From assembly GCA_947632375.1 (NCBI GenBank), contig CANRPF010000001.1:28131-92130 (forward strand): a stretch of 64,000 bases of DNA. The letters are read 5' to 3'. Both the position numbers and the translations under genes were made by a program. The DNA is from an uncultured Bacilli bacterium (GTDB taxonomy: Bacteria > Bacillota_I > Bacilli_A > RF39 > UBA660). Below, in pieces: positions 18,009-27,782 of the stretch (within the stretch, counting starts at the first letter, position 1; each line of letters opens with the position of its first letter). The notes under the pieces were generated by a model. It was not told where the DNA came from, did not search any database, and was given only the letters and a program-made list of their open reading frames with translations.

Positions 18009-21000
18009 ATGTTTGAAGAAAACGTTTTTTCGTATGAAAATACACAAACAGTAGTTGGATTAACTGATGCATTATTAGGAGAGTATATTTCTAATTATTT
18101 TTTTAATAATAAAAAAAATATTTTAGTTGTTGCTGATTCTCTTTATGATGCTAATCTGATATATAAAATAATACATTATAAATCAGACAATGTATTTCTT
18201 TTTCCTATGGATGAATTTATTACGCTTTCATCTATATCTTCATCACCAGATTTAAAGGTTACTAGAATAGATACTTTAAATCAAATAGTCGATAAAAAGT
18301 CTATAGTTATTACAAATTTGACCGGATTTTTAAAAAAAGTTGATAAAGGTATTAAAGAATTTAATTTAAATAAAAAAGTAAAAAGAAATGAAGTAATTAA
18401 ATTTTTAGAAGAAAATTCATTTAATAAAACAAACTTAGTTACTGCCACAGGCGATTATGCTGTAAGAAGCTTTATAATAGATATTTTTTCAATAAATTAT
18501 AATGAACCTATAAGAATAGAATTTTTTGGAGATGATATAGAATCTATACGTTTTTTTGATGCTGATACGCAAGTTTCAAAAAAGGAAGTGGAATCAGTCT
18601 TACTATATAGTTTTAGCGATTGTCAAGGATCTAATTCAACGAACATTTATGATAGATTAGATAATCCAATGGTATTTTTTTTGAACTACAAAAAAATACT
18701 TGCTGATTATTCAAATTATAAATCTAATATGGGATTATTTAAAGATCAAGATGAATTGCTTTTTGTAGATTTTAATATTACTAATATAAAAGATAAAATA
18801 TATATTAATTCATTGGATGATACGCCAATAGAAAATAAGTTAATAAGATATGAATCTAAAAACGTTCAGAGTTTTAATAGTAATTTCGAACAATTAAAAA
18901 ATTATGTTAATGTTAATATTAAAGATAAAATTGTAGTATTTATGATTAAGAATCCTATATTGAGAGAAAAAATAATTGAACTTTTTGATAGTAGGATAAA
19001 ACTTAATAAAGTAGAATTTGGCTACGTAAATATAATAGATAAAAGTATAATAAGTGGATTTATTTTTGATAATTATATTGTGATATCTGAATATGATATT
19101 GAAAATACAGATAAAACAATAAAATTTATAAACAGATATAATGTAGGTAGAAAAATTAAGGGATTTGATGATTTAAAAAAAGGTGATTTTGTCGTTCACG
19201 TTACACATGGTATTGGGCAATATCAAGGTATTACTACATTAGTTAATAAAGGTATAAAGAAAGATTACATATTAATAAATTATGCTGGCAATGACAAAAT
19301 ATATGTTCCTGCACATAAAATTGAAACAATTTATAAATATGCTGATAATGATGTATCTGCTCCGAAACTTAATAATTTAAACAGTTTAATATGGCAAAAA
19401 ACAAAATCTAAAGTACAATCAAAGATTAAAGATATATCAGAAGAATTAATTAAACTTTATGCAGAAAGAGAAATGACTAAAGGTGAAAGTTATGCCGATT
19501 TTCCTGAGGAAGAAATATTTGCAAGTGAATTTGAGTATGAAGAAACGGTAGATCAAAGCAAATGTATTAAGGAAATTTTGAAGGATTTAAATTCTTCTAT
19601 TCCAATGGATAGATTGCTTTGCGGTGATGTTGGATTTGGGAAAACAGAAGTTGCTATGAGAGCGATGTTTAAAACCGTTATTAATAATCGACAAGTGGCA
19701 TATTTATGTCCGACAACAATTTTATCAAAGCAACAATACGAATCATGTAAAAAAAGATTTAGACACTTTGCTGTTAATATTGAATTGCTTAATAGGTTTA
19801 CGTCAACAAAAGATTTTAATCGTATCATTGAAGGAATTATGAATGGTACTATAGATATAGTTATTGGTACACATAGGCTTTTAAATGAGAAAGTTAAGTT
19901 TAAACACCTTGGATTATTAGTCATTGATGAGGAACAAAGATTTGGTGTTTCTCAAAAAGAAAGAATAAAGGAGCTTAGAAAAAATGTAAATGTGTTGTCT
20001 TTGTCTGCAACCCCGATACCGAGAACCTTAAAACTTGCTATGAGTGGATTAAAAGATATGTCGGTTATTGATACACCTCCAATAAATAGATATCCTATAC
20101 AAACTTATGTTATAGAGGAAAATGATAATTTAATTAAAGAGGCAATTTATAAAGAGTTGTCTAGGGATGGACAAGTATATATACTTAATAATAATATCGA
20201 ACAACTTCCAGAAATTCAAACTAAGATAAAACAAATGATACCAGAAGCTAAAATAGCAATTGTTCATGGTCAAATGGAAAAAGATTTATTAAATAATGTT
20301 ATTAATGATTTTATTAATAGAGAATATAATATTTTGTTATGTACAACAATTATAGAAACGGGGATAGATATATCAAATGTTAATACATTAATTGTTCAGA
20401 ATGCAGAGCTATTTGGATTAAGTCAACTTTATCAAATTAGAGGTAGAGTTGGTCGTAGTGATAAGGTAGCTTACGCCTATTTAATGTATAAAAAGGATAA
20501 ATTATTAAACGATATTGCAATAAAAAGGTTAAAATCAATTAAAGAGTTTACAGAATTAGGTAGTGGCTATAAAATTGCTATGAGGGATTTATCAATAAGA
20601 GGAGCTGGAGAACTTTTGGGTAGTTCTCAATCAGGTTTTGTTGATTCTGTAGGTATTGAGCTTTATATGCAAATGATAAATAACGAAGTAAAAAGACTTA
20701 AGGGTGAAGAAGTTATTGAAGATAATGCTAATGAAAATAGTTTTTTAGATGTTAATACTTCTATTTCTAAGGATTATGTTGAAGATGAATCGTTAAGAAT
20801 AGAAATACATAAACTTATTAATGAAATTGATTCTAAGGAATCATATATTCGAGTAAAAGATGAAATTGAAGATAGATTTGGAAAAATAAATAATGAAATA
20901 CAAAACTACATGTATGAGGAGTGGTTTCAAAAGGAAGCTGAACAATTAGGAATAAATAATATTCGTTATTTATATAACGATGTGGAAATACAATTCCCTG

Positions 21001-21185
21001 AAAATATATCTTCTAAAGTTGATGGTGAAAAATTATTTTTAAAACTTTACAGCATAAATCCAAAATTTAAAATTAAATATTTTAATAAAATGATAGTAAT
21101 TTCTTTAAATATTATTAATAGAAATAATGATTATGTAAAGGATTTGTTAGATTTATTAGAACTTATTAAAGACTGTATAAAATAA
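18009..21185 (+). CDS. mfd: Transcription-repair coupling factor
   Basis: RID VVHVTHGIGQY, DRLLCGDVGFGKTEV, DEEQRFG, SATPIPRTL, QIRGRVGR, DLSIRGAGELLG. Confidence 0.98.
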   Translation: MFEENVFSYENTQTVVGLTDALLGEYISNYFFNNKKNILVVADSLYDANLIYKIIHYKSDNVFLFPMDEFITLSSISSSPDLKVTRIDTLNQIVDKKSIVITNLTGFLKKVDKGIKEFNLNKKVKRNEVIKFLEENSFNKTNLVTATGDYAVRSFIIDIFSINYNEPIRIEFFGDDIESIRFFDADTQVSKKEVESVLLYSFSDCQGSNSTNIYDRLDNPMVFFLNYKKILADYSNYKSNMGLFKDQDELLFVDFNITNIKDKIYINSLDDTPIENKLIRYESKNVQSFNSNFEQLKNYVNVNIKDKIVVFMIKNPILREKIIELFDSRIKLNKVEFGYVNIIDKSIISGFIFDNYIVISEYDIENTDKTIKFINRYNVGRKIKGFDDLKKGDFVVHVTHGIGQYQGITTLVNKGIKKDYILINYAGNDKIYVPAHKIETIYKYADNDVSAPKLNNLNSLIWQKTKSKVQSKIKDISEELIKLYAEREMTKGESYADFPEEEIFASEFEYEETVDQSKCIKEILKDLNSSIPMDRLLCGDVGFGKTEVAMRAMFKTVINNRQVAYLCPTTILSKQQYESCKKRFRHFAVNIELLNRFTSTKDFNRIIEGIMNGTIDIVIGTHRLLNEKVKFKHLGLLVIDEEQRFGVSQKERIKELRKNVNVLSLSATPIPRTLKLAMSGLKDMSVIDTPPINRYPIQTYVIEENDNLIKEAIYKELSRDGQVYILNNNIEQLPEIQTKIKQMIPEAKIAIVHGQMEKDLLNNVINDFINREYNILLCTTIIETGIDISNVNTLIVQNAELFGLSQLYQIRGRVGRSDKVAYAYLMYKKDKLLNDIAIKRLKSIKEFTELGSGYKIAMRDLSIRGAGELLGSSQSGFVDSVGIELYMQMINNEVKRLKGEEVIEDNANENSFLDVNTSISKDYVEDESLRIEIHKLINEIDSKESYIRVKDEIEDRFGKINNEIQNYMYEEWFQKEAEQLGINNIRYLYNDVEIQFPENISSKVDGEKLFLKLYSINPKFKIKYFNKMIVISLNIINRNNDYVKDLLDLLELIKDCIK

Positions 21186-21203
21186 TACTTCTTTACCATA
21201 ATA
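21175..21203 (+). promoter_or_regulatory. sigma-G-like promoter of spoVT
   Basis: GTATA-N17-CATAATA matches GHATA-N17/18-CATAnTA. The implied start site precedes RBS GGTGA. Confidence 0.6.
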
Positions 21204-21218
21204 TTAATGGTGATAACT

Positions 21219-21692
21219 TTGAATAACGGTGTAAAAAAACGAATTGATGAATTAGGTAGAATTGTTATTCCAAAAGAAATAAGAAAAGCATTTAATATCA
21301 GAAACTTTGATGAATTAGAAATTTCAATAGATAATGATAAAATAATAATTAAAAAAATATTAAAACTTTATAAATATAAAGAAAAATTTTATAATTTTAT
21401 GAATATATTGAGTAATTCTTTAACTATGTTGATAATTGAAGATTTTAAAATAATAGCTTCAAATGATTCTGTCTATGTTGAGGGAGATACTGTTATAGAA
21501 GATGTTTTTAACGATAAAACTATTAATAAGGATTTAGTATATGGTAAAAAAAGTTTGGGACTTATGTACTATGAACCAATTATAGTAGAGAGTAATTTAT
21601 TAGGGTATATGGTACTGATTTCAAATAAGGAATTAGAAAATTCAAATATTATAAAAAATATAAAACAGAGTATTATAGATTTTTTAGTGTAA
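21219..21692 (+). CDS. spoVT: SpoVT/AbrB-family regulator
   Basis: TTG start gives MNNGVKKRIDELGRIVIPKEIR (AbrB swapped hairpin), followed by a GAF-like C-terminus; directly after mfd as in Bacillus. Confidence 0.78.
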   Translation: MNNGVKKRIDELGRIVIPKEIRKAFNIRNFDELEISIDNDKIIIKKILKLYKYKEKFYNFMNILSNSLTMLIIEDFKIIASNDSVYVEGDTVIEDVFNDKTINKDLVYGKKSLGLMYYEPIIVESNLLGYMVLISNKELENSNIIKNIKQSIIDFLV

Positions 21693-21743
21693 TAATCATA
21701 GAAATATGATTATTTTTATTATATAATTTTATTGGTGATTTTT

Positions 21744-22493
21744 GTGTATACTGATTGTCATTGTCATGTTTATAACGAATATTTTAATATAAATGAAATA
21801 ACAAAAAAAATAATGAATAGCAATGTAAAAAGGGTAATAAATAATGGTGTAGATTTTAAAACATCTTGTGAAGTAATTGAGTTATCGAAAAAATATGAAT
21901 TTATGTATTGTGCTATAGGATTACATCCACAGGAAAATTTAAATGATTATGATAACGTAGTTAAATTAATAGAGGAAAATATAAATAACCAAAAGTTTAT
22001 AGCAATAGGGGAAATAGGTTTAGATTATACTCATTCGGACAATAATAAAGAAGAGCAAATTTCCATTTTTGAACGTCAGCTTTGTTTAGCAGAAAAATAT
22101 AATATTCCCGTAATTGTCCATTCAAGAGATGCTACTCAAGATACTATTAATATATTAAAAAAATATAAAGTAAAGGGTATAATTCATTGTTTCAATGGAA
22201 GCGTAGAAATTGCAAAAGAATATATAAAAATGGGGTTTTATTTAGGTATTAATGGAGTTATAACTTTTAAAAATTGTAAATTAATTAATGTAATAAAAAA
22301 AATTGGTATAGATAATATTGTGTTTGAAACTGATAGTCCATATTTAACACCGCATCCATATAGAGGAGAAGTAAATGATCCTACGTATATAGATGAAATA
22401 ATTAATTTTATTTCAATTAATACAGGTATTGAATTTAAAACATTATGCGATGTTAGTGAAAATAACGTAATGCAGCTTTTTGACAAAATATAA
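21744..22493 (+). CDS. tatD: TatD-family nuclease
   Basis: GTG start gives MYTDCHCH; IGLHP, IGEIGLDY, HSRDA, IIHCF, ETDSPYL. Confidence 0.93.
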   Translation: MYTDCHCHVYNEYFNINEITKKIMNSNVKRVINNGVDFKTSCEVIELSKKYEFMYCAIGLHPQENLNDYDNVVKLIEENINNQKFIAIGEIGLDYTHSDNNKEEQISIFERQLCLAEKYNIPVIVHSRDATQDTINILKKYKVKGIIHCFNGSVEIAKEYIKMGFYLGINGVITFKNCKLINVIKKIGIDNIVFETDSPYLTPHPYRGEVNDPTYIDEIINFISINTGIEFKTLCDVSENNVMQLFDKI

Positions 22494-22531
22494 TTAACAT
22501 GGTATATTATAACTAGTTGAAGGTGATATAT

Positions 22532-23059
22532 TTGAAGACTTTACTTAGAGTTTTAAAATTATTCATTATCGTTAGCTTTTTAGTTCTAATAAATAAAAAT
22601 GATGTTAATAAAGAAAAAGGCATTTTTTATAACGACAACAGCAATAAATATTTAGATTTAACAGCGATGGCAATTAAGTTTGAAGAAATAAAAATGGAAG
22701 ATTTATCTTATCCATTAGATACATATGTTGGTGATTTAACTGCTTATACAGCAGATTGTCCATTATGTGGTGGAACATTAGGATGTACAGGTCAAAACGT
22801 CTTGGATGGTACAACAACTTATACTGATAAAGATTATGGAACTGTGAGAATTATGGCCTCATCAAAAAGTTTACAATGCGGATCTATTGTTAGATATGAT
22901 TTAAATGGTGAACAAATAACTGCTATTGTTTTGGATCGAGGAGTAACAGGAACAGATTTAGATTTACTAGTTAGTGATAATAATCAAGCTTTAGTAATAG
23001 GTAGAAGACAATTAACTTATGATGTCTTAAGATATGGCTGGTCAAGAAAAACTTCTTGA
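22532..23059 (+). CDS. Membrane-anchored 3D (Asp-Asp-Asp) domain protein, YabE position
   Basis: N-terminal hydrophobic anchor; LTAYTAD...RIMASS...CGSIV...AIVLDRG...DLDLL; between tatD and rsmA. Confidence 0.75.
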   Translation: MKTLLRVLKLFIIVSFLVLINKNDVNKEKGIFYNDNSNKYLDLTAMAIKFEEIKMEDLSYPLDTYVGDLTAYTADCPLCGGTLGCTGQNVLDGTTTYTDKDYGTVRIMASSKSLQCGSIVRYDLNGEQITAIVLDRGVTGTDLDLLVSDNNQALVIGRRQLTYDVLRYGWSRKTS

Positions 23060-23076
23060 TTTTTTTTAGGAGGATT

Positions 23077-23862
23077 ATGGAAAAATTTAAGTTTAAAAAG
23101 AAATATGGTCAAAATTTTTTGGAAAATGATTTAATTTTAAGACAAATAATTGAATTGATTAAAAATGAAGAATTTGATTTTATAATTGAAGTTGGTGCGG
23201 GTTCAGGAATATTAACATCTGAATTAGTTAAACTTAATTGTAAAGTAATATCTTTTGAAATAGATAAATCATTGAAACAATACTTAGATAATATTAAAGA
23301 TAGCAATTTAGATATTATTTATGAGGATTTTTTAAATGTAGATTTAAAAAAAATTATTAAACCTACTGATAATTTTGCTTTTATAGCAAATATACCATAT
23401 TATATAACTACACCAATCATTAATAAATTTATAAATTCAAATTTATTACCAACTAAAGCTGTTATAATGGTGCAAAAGGAATTAGGGAAAAGATTATGTG
23501 CTTCTCCTAAAAGTAGTGAGTATGGTGCTATAAGTGTAATATTAAATTATTTTTATAAATTGTCATATGAATTTGATGTAGATAGAAAAAATTTTTATCC
23601 TATACCTAATGTAGATAGTGCAATTATTATGTTAAAAAAACGTGAATTTCAAGAACATTTGCTAAACTTTGAATTTTTTAAAACCTTAGTGTACAAAGCA
23701 TTTAGTCAAAAAAGGAAAACACTCAAAAATAATTTGGGAGAATATAATTTGGAAATAATATCAGAAATTTTAAATAAATATAAAATGACTACAAATGCTC
23801 GAGCTGAGGAATTAGATTATAAAATATTTATTGAATTAGCTAATACATTATATAAAAGTTAA
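23077..23862 (+). CDS. rsmA: 16S rRNA dimethyladenosine transferase
   Basis: KKKYGQNFL, EVGAGSG, ANIPYYIT, MVQKE, PNVDSA, QKRKTL. Confidence 0.97.
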   Translation: MEKFKFKKKYGQNFLENDLILRQIIELIKNEEFDFIIEVGAGSGILTSELVKLNCKVISFEIDKSLKQYLDNIKDSNLDIIYEDFLNVDLKKIIKPTDNFAFIANIPYYITTPIINKFINSNLLPTKAVIMVQKELGKRLCASPKSSEYGAISVILNYFYKLSYEFDVDRKNFYPIPNVDSAIIMLKKREFQEHLLNFEFFKTLVYKAFSQKRKTLKNNLGEYNLEIISEILNKYKMTTNARAEELDYKIFIELANTLYKS

Positions 23863-23915
23863 GAAATTATTTTAATATTTCTTAATTTTTTTTATATAAT
23901 TTAATGGTGATATTT

Positions 23916-24689
23916 ATGGATTTAAAAATAGGAGATTTTGTTTCTAGAGTTAGTTACAATAATGATACTGTATTTAAAATTGTTGACATTATTAATGATA
24001 TGGTTTATTTAAAGGGTGTTGATATAAGATTGTATGCCGATGCACCAATAGAAGATTTAGTCAAATGTGATTATGAAAATAAAGATACAGAACTGTTTTC
24101 AAGAATAGATGTTAAAAAAGATATGGATAGAAGCGAATTTTTTTATTTGCCAGCGAAAATATTACATATAGATGGTGATAAGGAATATTTAAATAGGTGT
24201 ATGGAGTTTTATAAAAAAGCTAATATATATGCTACAGGAGAGTATATAAATGAAAAAGATATTTCTGAGGTTATTTATAAGTTGTTAAAAAAGTATCGTC
24301 CAGATATATTAATTATTACGGGACATGATTCGTTAAATAAAACTCTAGATGTAAATAATATAAATAATTATAAAAACTCAAAAAATTTTGTAAAAGCAGT
24401 ACTAGAAGCACGGAATTATGAAAAAAGTCATGAAAAATTAGTTATTATCGCTGGCGCTTGCCAAAGTGATTATGAATCTTTAATTAAGGCTGGAGCAAAT
24501 TTTGCCTCTAGTCCAAAGAGAATAAATATACACGCTTTAGATCCTGCAATAATTGCTGTAAATATTGCATTAACTGAAAAAAATAAGGAAATTGATTTAA
24601 TAGAGCTTCTTAATAAAACTAAATATGGTCATGATGGTATTGGAGGCTTAAAATCATCTGGTATGATGTATGTTGGATATCCAAGATAA
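23916..24689 (+). CDS. yabG: Sporulation-specific peptidase YabG
   Basis: VSRVSYNNDTVF, RLYADAP, ILHIDGD, IITGHD, AGACQS, GANFASSP, IHALDP. Confidence 0.95.
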   Translation: MDLKIGDFVSRVSYNNDTVFKIVDIINDMVYLKGVDIRLYADAPIEDLVKCDYENKDTELFSRIDVKKDMDRSEFFYLPAKILHIDGDKEYLNRCMEFYKKANIYATGEYINEKDISEVIYKLLKKYRPDILIITGHDSLNKTLDVNNINNYKNSKNFVKAVLEARNYEKSHEKLVIIAGACQSDYESLIKAGANFASSPKRINIHALDPAIIAVNIALTEKNKEIDLIELLNKTKYGHDGIGGLKSSGMMYVGYPR

Positions 24690-24693
24690 ACTA

Positions 24694-24722
24694 TTGATTT
24701 TCTCTTACTTTTGTTTTAAAAT
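24694..24722 (+). promoter_or_regulatory. sigma-A-like promoter of spoVG
   Basis: TTGATT-N17-TAAAAT. Confidence 0.5.
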
Positions 24723-24756
24723 TAAATTAGAGTTGTTTATAACTTGAAAGGAGTGC

Positions 24757-25020
24757 ATGTTTATGAAAATAACATCAGTAAATGTAAGAAAGGTAAATAA
24801 AGAAGGCTCTAGAATGAAAGGAAAAGCGTCAGTATTGATAGATGACTCTTTTGCAGTACATGATATTAGAATTATAGAAGGTGATAATGGTCCTTTTATA
24901 GCAATGCCAAGTAGACAAACTGCAACAGGAGAATATAAGGATATTGCTCACCCAATAAATTCTGATGCTAGAAAAATGTTTGAAGATGCAATTTTAGAAG
25001 AATATAATAAGATGGATTAA
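24757..25020 (+). CDS. spoVG: Septation regulator SpoVG
   Basis: MKITSV, FAVHDIRII, FIAMPSR, YKDIAHPINS. Confidence 0.97.
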   Translation: MFMKITSVNVRKVNKEGSRMKGKASVLIDDSFAVHDIRIIEGDNGPFIAMPSRQTATGEYKDIAHPINSDARKMFEDAILEEYNKMD

Positions 25021-25044
25021 AAAACTACAATTAGTAGTTTTTTT
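25021..25044 (+). terminator. Terminator after spoVG
   Basis: AAAACTAC-aatta-GTAGTTTT plus a T-run. Confidence 0.7.
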
Positions 25045-25088
25045 GTTATTTAATTTTTATTAATGAATATGATTTATTAGGTGATATT

Positions 25089-25376
25089 ATGGATAATAGT
25101 TTCGATAGTAACGTAATTAGTCATAGTGTAAAAATATTAGAAAGAAACAATGTTTTTATAAGTGGAGCTAAAAAAGTAAATCATTTCAACGAAAATGAAT
25201 TTTTAATTAGTACAGTCATGGGTAATGTAAACATAAAAGGAAATAACTTAGAATTAATAAAATTAGATACAAACGATGGTAATATATGTATTAAAGGGAA
25301 AATCAATAGTGTTACTTACTTAGAAGGTATAAATGGCGAAAAAGAAAATGGATTTTTTACTAAATTATTTAAATGA
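25089..25376 (+). CDS. yabP: Sporulation protein YabP
   Basis: HSVKILERNNVFISG, FNENEF, GNVNIKGNNL, GKINSV. Confidence 0.88.
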   Translation: MDNSFDSNVISHSVKILERNNVFISGAKKVNHFNENEFLISTVMGNVNIKGNNLELIKLDTNDGNICIKGKINSVTYLEGINGEKENGFFTKLFK

Positions 25377-25594
25377 AATATTTTTATAATATTATATTAA
25401 CTATTATATATTGGCAAATAGCTTTTAGGCTTATAAAAGTAGTAAAAAATTATTCTTTGCTTAAATACTTTCTATTATTTTTATTTTTTTTCATATTTTT
25501 TATATTATTCTATATTTTATTCAATGGAACAATCAATTATTATAACTATTTAATTATAATATTTACGTTTATTTACATATTTATTTATAAATAA
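25373..25594 (+). CDS. yabQ: Short YabQ-like spore cortex membrane protein (73 aa)
   Basis: Highly hydrophobic; LFNGTINYYNYL resembles the YabQ N.G.iR.Y motif; lies between yabP and divIC. Confidence 0.55.
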   Translation: MKYFYNIILTIIYWQIAFRLIKVVKNYSLLKYFLLFLFFFIFFILFYILFNGTINYYNYLIIIFTFIYIFIYK

Positions 25595-25641
25595 ATGACC
25601 AATAATTGTAATTTGTGGTATTATGATAATAGGAGGATTGT

Positions 25642-25941
25642 ATGAAAAAAGTTAATAAATTTGCAAAAAGAAGATTTTGTTTCTTATTTGTAGTATTTGT
25701 AATTCTTGTTGGCTTTATGGCATACAATTCTATAAATTATTGGAAACAAATTTTTGCAAATAAAAAGAGTGCAAAAGAATTAGAAAATAGATATCAAGAA
25801 TTAATTAGTGAAAAAGAGAAATTAGAGTCTGATGTAATAAAATTACAAGATCCTGACTATGTTGCTAAATATGCAAGAGAAAGATATCTTTATTCTAAAG
25901 ATGGAGAATTAATTATAAAAATAATTGATGAAAACGAATAA
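25642..25941 (+). CDS. divIC: Septum formation initiator DivIC/FtsB
   Basis: One TM helix, coiled coil, LQDPDYVAKYARERYLYSKDGE. Confidence 0.9.
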   Translation: MKKVNKFAKRRFCFLFVVFVILVGFMAYNSINYWKQIFANKKSAKELENRYQELISEKEKLESDVIKLQDPDYVAKYARERYLYSKDGELIIKIIDENE

Positions 25942-25961
25942 TTATGTTATTATCTAATAAC

Positions 25962-26314
25962 GGGGTCGTAATGGTTTCGACAGGATATATTTCTATTTAA
26001 TTGCAAGTGGTCGCCAAACCTAAATGGCAACAAATTAAATTTAACTGGAAACAGAACAAATAATACTGCTTTAGCATTTGCCTAATTTGGCAATAAAGCA
26101 CTTCAAATTTTCTTTCTTATAGGGATTTTTGGGGTTTATATATATAAGATATAACAAATGTTTTGTTTAGAATATTTGTAGAATTAATTATAAACTATAT
26201 TAATAAATAGATGTTAGAATCCTTTTTATTAATGAAATTTTTTTCTAACTAAACTTGTAGACATTAAATATGAAAGTATTTTGGACAGCAGTTCAATTCT
26301 GCTCGGCTCCACCA
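25962..26314 (+). ncRNA. ssrA: tmRNA (353 nt)
   Basis: 5' GGGGTCGTAATGGTTTCGAC and 3' GCAGTTCAATTCTGCTCGGCTCCACCA give an Ala acceptor stem with G3-U. Tag frame 26047-26085 reads (A)GNRTNNTALAFA*. Confidence 0.96.
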
Positions 26315-26359
26315 AAATTGATAACAAACTCGGACTTTTATGGTTCGATGCTAATAAAT

Positions 26360-26384
26360 GCTAACAGAAATGTTAGCTTTTTTT
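26360..26384 (+). terminator. Terminator after tmRNA
   Basis: GCTAACA-GAAA-TGTTAGC plus T7. Confidence 0.8.
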
Positions 26385-26473
26385 GTATTTAAAAAAGCCA
26401 AGTGATTTTAAAATACTTGACATTAATAAAAACCTTTTTGTCTGAAATGCTGACCCTACTCTATTAGTCAGTT

Positions 26474-26755
26474 TCAATCATTATTTTTTTCGTTATAATA
26501 ATCATAAATTGTTTTAGAATTTTCTTTAAACATTGCCATTAATTCTTGAACTTCTGGTAACCATAAATGTTTTGGAATTATTGTTCCATCTTTTTTGCTT
26601 ATATATAGAGAACCAGCAGCATCATCAAAAAAATGTTCGTTTGGTAATCCGGCATCAAAAAACCAAAAATCATCATTTTCTTGAATTTTCATTATAATTT
26701 TTCCAACTTCTTTTATTTTCGCTTCGGCCTTTTCTCTTGCTTCATCAAAAGTCAT
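26474..26755 (-). CDS. Small hypothetical protein resembling polymorphic-toxin immunity proteins (Imm35/YrhB-like)
   Basis: Start moved to MTFDEA (RBS GGAG). Pattern MTFDEA...E..DFWFF...AG.LYISKKDG.I. Confidence 0.45.
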   Translation of the reverse strand: MTFDEAREKAEAKIKEVGKIIMKIQENDDFWFFDAGLPNEHFFDDAAGSLYISKKDGTIIPKHLWLPEVQELMAMFKENSKTIYDYYNEKNND

Positions 26756-27064
26756 TTTATCAACTCCATTCAATAATATTGTATCATGTATATTTTTAAA
26801 TGTAAAATTGTGGTATATATAATTAGTTAGTAATTATTTCTATCTATTATTAATCATAAGAAAAGTTATCTAACTTCTTCTTTTATATCTAACCAGAAGA
26901 TATTAAAAAGTTTATAAAAATTATATTAAATAAACAACATAAACTAGGACTCTATTTAAAGTACTTTACTAATATTTTTAATTATTATAAAATAATAACT
27001 AATAAAGAAACTTATCGATATGAAAAAATCTAAGATATATATTATGTAAAGTGGGAGTTAAATA

Positions 27065-27760
27065 ATGAATAAAGAAGTCAATTTAAAAGATGTAAATAAT
27101 GAAAATATAAATAGTTTATTTAAAGCTGTAATTTCTTTTGAAAATGATAATTATATGAATATAGTTTTATATTTAGTTTACAATGGTAAAGAAAAACTAA
27201 AGGACTTAATTCCTCAAATAAAGTTTAAAAATTGGGATGATAAATCTTATTTAACTGTTGATATAAAAAATATTAAAATTTTAGAGAATTTAAATAAATT
27301 AAAACTTGATAAACTAGATATAAAAGAAGTATTAGAATATGTAAAATCACATCAACAATTACTATTGGACTATTGGAATGCCGATATACCTGAGTTTGAA
27401 GCTAAACAAATATTTTTTGAAGAAAAAAATGAACATTTTGGCTGTACTACCTTAAGTAAGGATAAGACAAAATTACCTATGAATTTACTTTTTTATTGTT
27501 CCTATACACTAGATAGAGATAATATATTATTTTTTCAAAATGATTATGGAAAACTTAATTATAATAATATGATTATGATGAGTATAGATAAATATAATCC
27601 ACAGATATTAGTAGATAGGAAAATAAACATAAAGAAAGAAGATATGCTGAAATTAAAAAATTTTATAAAAAAACATTATGAAATATTAACAAAATATAAT
27701 AATGATAATATAAAAGATTCTGAAATGTTTGATTTGTTTGAGAAGATAAAGAATTTGTAA
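27065..27760 (+). CDS. Hypothetical protein with two tandem DUF4160-like domains
   Basis: Internal duplication: LDIKEVLEYVKSHQQLLLDYWNADI versus EDMLKLKNFIKKHYEILTKYNNDNI, and PQIKFKN versus NILFFQN. Confidence 0.45.
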   Translation: MNKEVNLKDVNNENINSLFKAVISFENDNYMNIVLYLVYNGKEKLKDLIPQIKFKNWDDKSYLTVDIKNIKILENLNKLKLDKLDIKEVLEYVKSHQQLLLDYWNADIPEFEAKQIFFEEKNEHFGCTTLSKDKTKLPMNLLFYCSYTLDRDNILFFQNDYGKLNYNNMIMMSIDKYNPQILVDRKINIKKEDMLKLKNFIKKHYEILTKYNNDNIKDSEMFDLFEKIKNL

Positions 27761-27782
27761 TTTAGAGAGGTAGTTAAAAGTT

